DNA of 64,000 nucleotides from Armatimonadota bacterium (GTDB lineage Bacteria; Armatimonadota; SYMT01): NCBI GenBank assembly GCA_041690135.1, contig JAWLHY010000011.1, positions 64,001 to 128,000 of the forward strand, read 5' to 3'. Shown piece by piece: positions 59,002 to 64,000 of this stretch (position 1 is its first letter; each line of letters starts with the position of its first letter). The notes under the pieces were generated by a model. It saw only the letters and a program-made list of their open reading frames with translations, ran no database searches and was not told where the DNA came from. The position numbers and the translations under genes were made by a program.

Positions 59002-59046
59002 CCAGGAAGGTACTGTGCGGAACCGGTGGGACGCTGTGAACGCGGC

Positions 59047-59185
59047 GGCTACCGGTTCCGCAATCCTCCAGGGGACCGCCTTCACATCCCGCCAGGCGAC
59101 GGGCGGCGTTGGAATGGCAACCGGTTCCGCAATTCGCTGGGCAGCCACGACGTTCACGACTCGCCAGGCGATGGGCGGCGTCAGG
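59047..59185 (+). repeat. Imperfect tandem duplication of a ~68-bp unit; related copies at 60558..60644
   Basis: GGC.ACCGGTTCCGCAAT...CGCCAGGCGA.GGGCGGCG twice. Confidence 0.75.
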
Positions 59186-59394
59186 CAATTATCTGGTTAC
59201 GCCGCTCAGCGCAGTAGTGTGCACAGATTCCCAGTGACTCCCTGAAATCAGCAAGATGCTGTTGCCCTTCTGTACCGTCAGGTCAGCGGCTGGACTCGGC
59301 CGCCCGGACGGGCGCTTTGGAGTAGCCGCCTGGTGGGAATCCGCATGTAGAGGCGATACCGGAAGCCCACACAACCAGTCTACCTCTGGGAGGA

Positions 59395-60480
59395 GTGCGG
59401 GAGGCAAGGTCAATGGATGCCCGCCCATCAGCGATGCTGCCGATCAACACTGCGCATTGGACTGTCGACTCTTTCCACACCCTGCCTGAGCCGCAGGTCA
59501 CCACGACACGCTACTGGCTGCGAGCGGAGCCGCTTGCCCTTGCCAGTCTCCATGCGGACGGCAGGCACACGGTCATCGACGTTCGGGGGGAGATTACGTT
59601 CTATCCTTACAATAACGAGTGCATTCTCTACCAGCACTCTGGAGAGGCAGACCCACCACAGGAAAGGCTTCCGCGCGACGTCTTGCCGTGGGGACCGTGG
59701 AAGTTCGTGAAGCCTGAAGGAGAGCCCTGCGTGTTTAGCCAGGAGAGTGGTTGGAGACTCGCATGGGATCTGCTAAACGGCCAGGATGCCGTGCGATGCT
59801 GGATGGACTACCCTTCCGGCAACCACCGGATCGAGTACACGCACTGGCTCGAGCCATCTACCGGATTGATGCTGCGATGGCAACGGCGTGAGATCGACCC
59901 ACAATCGGGACAACTGTTTTCGGAGGCCATTAGCTCCGACTACGCCTACGATGTTGCGCCCCCAGACGGGATTTTCGACCTTCCGCCGGCCGGCATGCCC
60001 CTTCTGGTGAGAAACCTGGACGAGGATGACCTTACCGGCAGCCTCCCGCCGCCGGAGCGCGCAAAGATCGAGCGCGTAATCGCCATGTCCGATGCGGCGT
60101 GGCTGACGTCCGACGTGCTGAAGTTCCGTCGGGCCTGGACCTTTACCCGCACCGGGCATCTGTCCAACCTCCCCTCCCAGGCGGAGTGGGAGCGGTGCGT
60201 CGGCGCAATGGCCGGTTTGATGTCACAGTGGGAGAGCACCATCAGTACGATTCGGAAGTCGGATTGTGTGTATCGGAGAACCGGCCCAAGCTCTGCCTGG
60301 ATGCTGCGAGCACCGGGGACGCTATGGGTCAAGGCGCGCCTGCGCTTCCAATGGTCCGCAACTGGCGGGGAGGGCGAGGTTGACACCGAGTACTTCCTGT
60401 TGAAGCGGTGGAATGGCTTCCGCATCGTGCACTGGGAGTATCCCGGCGCGGAAATCAGCGCCGCCCGGTCCGGAAACTAG
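59395..60480 (+). CDS. Hypothetical protein (LolA-like N-part, NTF2/SnoaL-like C-part; start uncertain)
   Basis: WLEPSTGLMLR...YAYDVAPPDGIFDLP outer-lipoprotein-carrier-like tail; C-terminal LLKRWNGFRIVH. Confidence 0.6.
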   Translation: MREARSMDARPSAMLPINTAHWTVDSFHTLPEPQVTTTRYWLRAEPLALASLHADGRHTVIDVRGEITFYPYNNECILYQHSGEADPPQERLPRDVLPWGPWKFVKPEGEPCVFSQESGWRLAWDLLNGQDAVRCWMDYPSGNHRIEYTHWLEPSTGLMLRWQRREIDPQSGQLFSEAISSDYAYDVAPPDGIFDLPPAGMPLLVRNLDEDDLTGSLPPPERAKIERVIAMSDAAWLTSDVLKFRRAWTFTRTGHLSNLPSQAEWERCVGAMAGLMSQWESTISTIRKSDCVYRRTGPSSAWMLRAPGTLWVKARLRFQWSATGGEGEVDTEYFLLKRWNGFRIVHWEYPGAEISAARSGN

Positions 60481-61039
60481 CGTGACCATAGAAACTGCCG
60501 CCTGGCGGGGCGGCGCAAGCGGAACTGCCAGTGAGCATCGGTCCGCACGGCTGCGGATTCCACGGCCCGCCAGGCGATGGGCGGCGATGGAGAGCTTCAG
60601 CCTTGATGGCCACCGGCTCCACGACCCGGCAGGCGATGGGCGGCCGGGTACCAAGACATTCCTTTTCGCACATGGCAAACGCTTAGCCGAGACGAAGCCT
60701 ACGCAATGCCGTCGCCGCCCTGGTAACCGCCTGGCTACGATTGAGGCGCCCGATGGGCTCCCGAATTCGAGAAGGAGCTTCGCGCTCTGTTGGCAGCCGC
60801 TTCTGAAGCGGTGTCATCTTCTTGCAGGTGGCTCGTGAAGCCAGATTGGCGGTAGAAACCCGAACGCCCGAGAGGGCACCTTAGATGTAGCCGGGCGGTT
60901 ACCAGGAGTGCGGTTCCTGATATCTGCAGGTAATCTGCCTCTGTGGGCCGCCCGTGCTGAGATGAGCTTTAGATCAGCAGCCCAGCACTCCATCGCCCGG
61001 CGGGGCGGCGCAATCAGAACCGCTCGTGTACCTTGTCAA

Positions 61040-64000
61040 TTACCTCTTCCTGGTCTTTGGGGCCGGCTTCCGCTTCGCCACGGGTTTTCGGGGAGCGGCG
61101 GGCTTCCGGGCCGGGGCGGGTTTGGCAACGGCGGGGGTCGCGGCGGAGGCGACGCGCATTCCCCCGTTCAGGTACTCCGGGCTGGTCATCAGGGTTTTGA
61201 GCAGGCTCTTGATGTTGTAGTTGCTGCGGGCACAGTCGTCCCACAGCCGCTTATACAGCTCCCGCTCGTCTTCCTGGTACCGCATCTCCCGGCCGAAGAG
61301 CTGGACGAAGTGGGTCTGGATAATGGTGCGGACGAACCGCTCTTTGTTCACCGCCTGTAGCGCGAACGCTTCCATGCCCTTGCCGCGGAAGGGGTAGCTG
61401 GGCACCAGGTCGCGGTCGGTGTCGTCGACCGGCTTGCCCTTGTCCATCGGCTTGTAGTTGCCCTCGTCGTCCCAGGCCAGGCGCTGGTAGGCCAGCGGGG
61501 TCAGGATCTTGTGGCAGCTATAGCAGGCGGATGAGGGGCTGGTGGTAGAGACTGCGGTGATGCCGTCCCGCATCATCACGATGGAGGGCGGCACCTCGTA
61601 GACGTAGCCGAGGAACTTCTCCGTCACGATGGCGGCATAGTTGAAGTGCGGCAGGCCCGGCTTGCCGTTAATGAACCCCTTCATGGTGAGCAGTCCGGTC
61701 TTGCCGTGATACTCCGGCCGGGGCTGCTTCCGGAGCTGCTTGTCCACGGTGTAGTCCGCGGTCAGGATCTCCTTGAACGGGCGATCGTTGAAGACGGTGT
61801 AGCACCAGAGGCGCACCGGCTCGTCGTCCATCTCCGTGCCGCGGCTTTCGAGCAGCAGCCGGACCCGGTGGTAGTAGAACTCCCGGAACTCCTGGCCGGC
61901 GAGGTAGCGGTCGATCATCTCGGAGAGCTGCGCGCCGCCGTCGAGCTGCCGGACCTCTTCCCCCGTGGGTGGGCGGCCGACCAGGTCCTGCGCGATCTTC
62001 ACCAGGTGGAGGCGGCGGCGGTCGTTCTTGTCCTTCACGGTCGCCAGGGAGCGGGGGCGGGTGAAGAGGAAGTCCGGGTGCTTCATCAGCGCGCGGGCCA
62101 GTCCCTCCCAGGCGGCCTGCTGCGCTTCCATCGGCGCCACCGTAAAGGATGTTTTCGGGGCAGTGGGCGCGGAGAAGGTCACCTTCGGCCCGCCGTGCTG
62201 GATCCAGGTGAACTTCAAAGGGCCGTGCTGGACGTTGTAGGTGGCGGAAGCGTCCAGCGTCACGACGGCCCCGCCGGCGGCCCGGAGCGGGCGGCTCAAC
62301 TGGATGATCGGGGTGGAGGCCTCGGCCCGCACGATCACGGGCGTGTGCGTTTCGTTGTCCGCGAACCCGGGGAAGCCGACGTTCACCTGGTAGAAGCGGG
62401 AAGCCTCCCACTCCCGCGCCTTGGACGGACGGAAGAGGAGACGCATCTCCTTCTTGTCGTTGTTGTCCGACACGGTGCCCTTGCCGACCTGGTTGAACGA
62501 CTTGAAGCGGGTGGGGCGGACCGTTTGCGGCCAGTTTCCTTCCGCCTGGGGGTCGTCGAGGACGAACGGCTTCGCGCCCGTTTCGGTCGGCACAAACCGC
62601 ACGGCGTCCGCGGTCACGCGACGTCTGGTGCCGAGGTTGTTGATCTCCACGCCGCCCTGCGACCCGAATTGGAAACCGGGCTCCAGCTCCCAGTAGCGGA
62701 TCGTGTCCAGGGTCTGGTCGATGTGAAAGTGGGCCTCTCCCTTCGGCGGCACGGCGGCGAGGGGCGGGTTGGCCGTGGCCGGGGCGTCGTGCGAGTGGAC
62801 CTGCACCAGGACCGCCGGGGCGTTCTGCTGCGGGACCCGTGCGCGCCGGATCTGCACCACGCCGGGCCGCCGCCAGACCACGGTAACCTCGTACTTCCCT
62901 TCCCGCTCCACGTCGATGGGGATCTCGATGCGGCTGCCGCCCTTGCTATTGTTGTTGTCCTCGAACGAAGTGAAGCCGTTGCTCTTCTTCTCCTGCCAGG
63001 CCCCCTGGAGGTTCACGCCGGGCGCGGTGACGTCGATCCGCTTCACGGCGGCGCCGGGGAGGGGTCCCTTCAGCTCGATCGCCGCCAGCGAGACGTTGCC
63101 GTCGGTCTCCTCGTTGGTAAGCTCAAACTTCTGCCCGGTCGTTTTCGGTCGGAAGGTGAAGGCGCGGTCCAGCTTCTTCCGGACCTGCTCCGCCTTTGCT
63201 TCGACAGACTGGTCCAGCCACTCCTGGTAGATTCCCAGCACCTGGTTGGTGAACGGGAGCCGGAAGGCGTGGCTCGCGCGGCGCCCGGCGTCGTCCTCCA
63301 CCAGCAGTTCCAGGTCGAGGTTCCCCGGCTCTTTCGCCACCGTTTCCTCTGCCTGGTAGATGTTCCGGATCAGCGCGAACGCCTGGGCCGTCTCCGCCTC
63401 CGTGGGGCTCCGGAACAGCAGCTTGCGGTAAAGGCGTGCAATCTCCGCGCGGTAGGCGGCATCGGGCGCCTTGAGCTTCAGCGGCGAGGCGAGCTTCTCC
63501 GAGCGGCCGGCGAACGGCCCGGACGACCTGAGATAAGCGCGGGAAGCGACGTCGCGGGAGAGGCTGTCCATCGCCGAGAGGAACGTGGCCGAGGCCTTGC
63601 TGCTCTCGTCGAACCGCTCCTTGAAGTCCGCCCCGTTGAACTGCGCGAGGTTGGCCAGGAAGAGGTCCTTGCCGCCCCGCTTCCAGTCATCTCCAAACAG
63701 GGTCCGGATCTTGCCCTGGAGCTGGCGGTAAGTGAGGAAGGTGTTGTCCGGACCACCGCTGACCGGTTTGCCGGTGTACGGGTCCAGCAATTCGGCCGGG
63801 AACTGCTCGTCGGGCCGCACGCCGCCAGCCTGGGTGCGGTCGTAGAGGTCCTTCACAAAGCGCCGGAGCTTCTCCACCTCACCCGCAGGCCAGGGATTGG
63901 CCGGGGCGGGCGGCATCCGCTGCTCGGGAATGGGCGAGGTGATGCGGGCCAGCAGGCCACTCGGGTTGTCCGGGTTGAAGAAGCCGTGCCCCAACAGCTT
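61040..64000 (-). CDS. Large mosaic protein (5' end outside window): golvesin/CBM-like beta domains, PKD-like domain, DUF1549/1585-like helical parts, CxxCH heme motif
   Basis: VTADAVRFV; VTLDASATY...FTWIQHGG; DLVGRPPT..E; CYSCH; YNIKSLLKTLMTSPEY. Confidence 0.8.
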   Translation of the reverse strand, partial: KLLGHGFFNPDNPSGLLARITSPIPEQRMPPAPANPWPAGEVEKLRRFVKDLYDRTQAGGVRPDEQFPAELLDPYTGKPVSGGPDNTFLTYRQLQGKIRTLFGDDWKRGGKDLFLANLAQFNGADFKERFDESSKASATFLSAMDSLSRDVASRAYLRSSGPFAGRSEKLASPLKLKAPDAAYRAEIARLYRKLLFRSPTEAETAQAFALIRNIYQAEETVAKEPGNLDLELLVEDDAGRRASHAFRLPFTNQVLGIYQEWLDQSVEAKAEQVRKKLDRAFTFRPKTTGQKFELTNEETDGNVSLAAIELKGPLPGAAVKRIDVTAPGVNLQGAWQEKKSNGFTSFEDNNNSKGGSRIEIPIDVEREGKYEVTVVWRRPGVVQIRRARVPQQNAPAVLVQVHSHDAPATANPPLAAVPPKGEAHFHIDQTLDTIRYWELEPGFQFGSQGGVEINNLGTRRRVTADAVRFVPTETGAKPFVLDDPQAEGNWPQTVRPTRFKSFNQVGKGTVSDNNDKKEMRLLFRPSKAREWEASRFYQVNVGFPGFADNETHTPVIVRAEASTPIIQLSRPLRAAGGAVVTLDASATYNVQHGPLKFTWIQHGGPKVTFSAPTAPKTSFTVAPMEAQQAAWEGLARALMKHPDFLFTRPRSLATVKDKNDRRRLHLVKIAQDLVGRPPTGEEVRQLDGGAQLSEMIDRYLAGQEFREFYYHRVRLLLESRGTEMDDEPVRLWCYTVFNDRPFKEILTADYTVDKQLRKQPRPEYHGKTGLLTMKGFINGKPGLPHFNYAAIVTEKFLGYVYEVPPSIVMMRDGITAVSTTSPSSACYSCHKILTPLAYQRLAWDDEGNYKPMDKGKPVDDTDRDLVPSYPFRGKGMEAFALQAVNKERFVRTIIQTHFVQLFGREMRYQEDERELYKRLWDDCARSNYNIKSLLKTLMTSPEYLNGGMRVASAATPAVAKPAPARKPAAPRKPVAKRKPAPKTRKR

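Noticed and set aside
1-64000. tRNA (including tRNA-Sec), rRNA, integrase or transposase genes
   Set aside because: None recognised by eye; tRNAscan-SE/Infernal would be needed to exclude small RNAs

Overview
GC-rich bacterial window. Two DUF1559/prepilin-type proteins with H-x9-DG tails, plus DUF1501, TIGR03067 and CotH genes, point to Armatimonadota or a similar lineage (inference). About 48 mostly unlinked accessory and metabolic genes are present. I found no rRNA, tRNA, CRISPR array or transposase. The standout is a 1561-aa protein (41756..46441, -) built like a prokaryotic NLR: an N-terminal PD-(D/E)xK nuclease-like domain, a STAND-type NTPase, about 12-14 tandem 34-aa repeats (near-identical 102-bp DNA units that vary at a few fixed positions and loosely echo TALE repeats), and three C-terminal S1 domains that look captured from ribosomal protein S1. 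This could be an integrated-decoy anti-phage sensor. The second theme is hidden UGA-readthrough genes that the ORF track splits: an exported AhpD/CMD protein with CxxU and a rhodanese with CxU (both followed by SECIS-like hairpins), and a possibly new secreted TIMP/NTR-like protein with UGA just after its signal peptide. Also present are a hemerythrin/class II amidotransferase/ATP-grasp operon, a pore-less voltage-sensor protein, immunity-like orphan genes, a broken TA-like pair, a MITE and several intergenic repeat families. All family assignments are by motif recognition, not database search.
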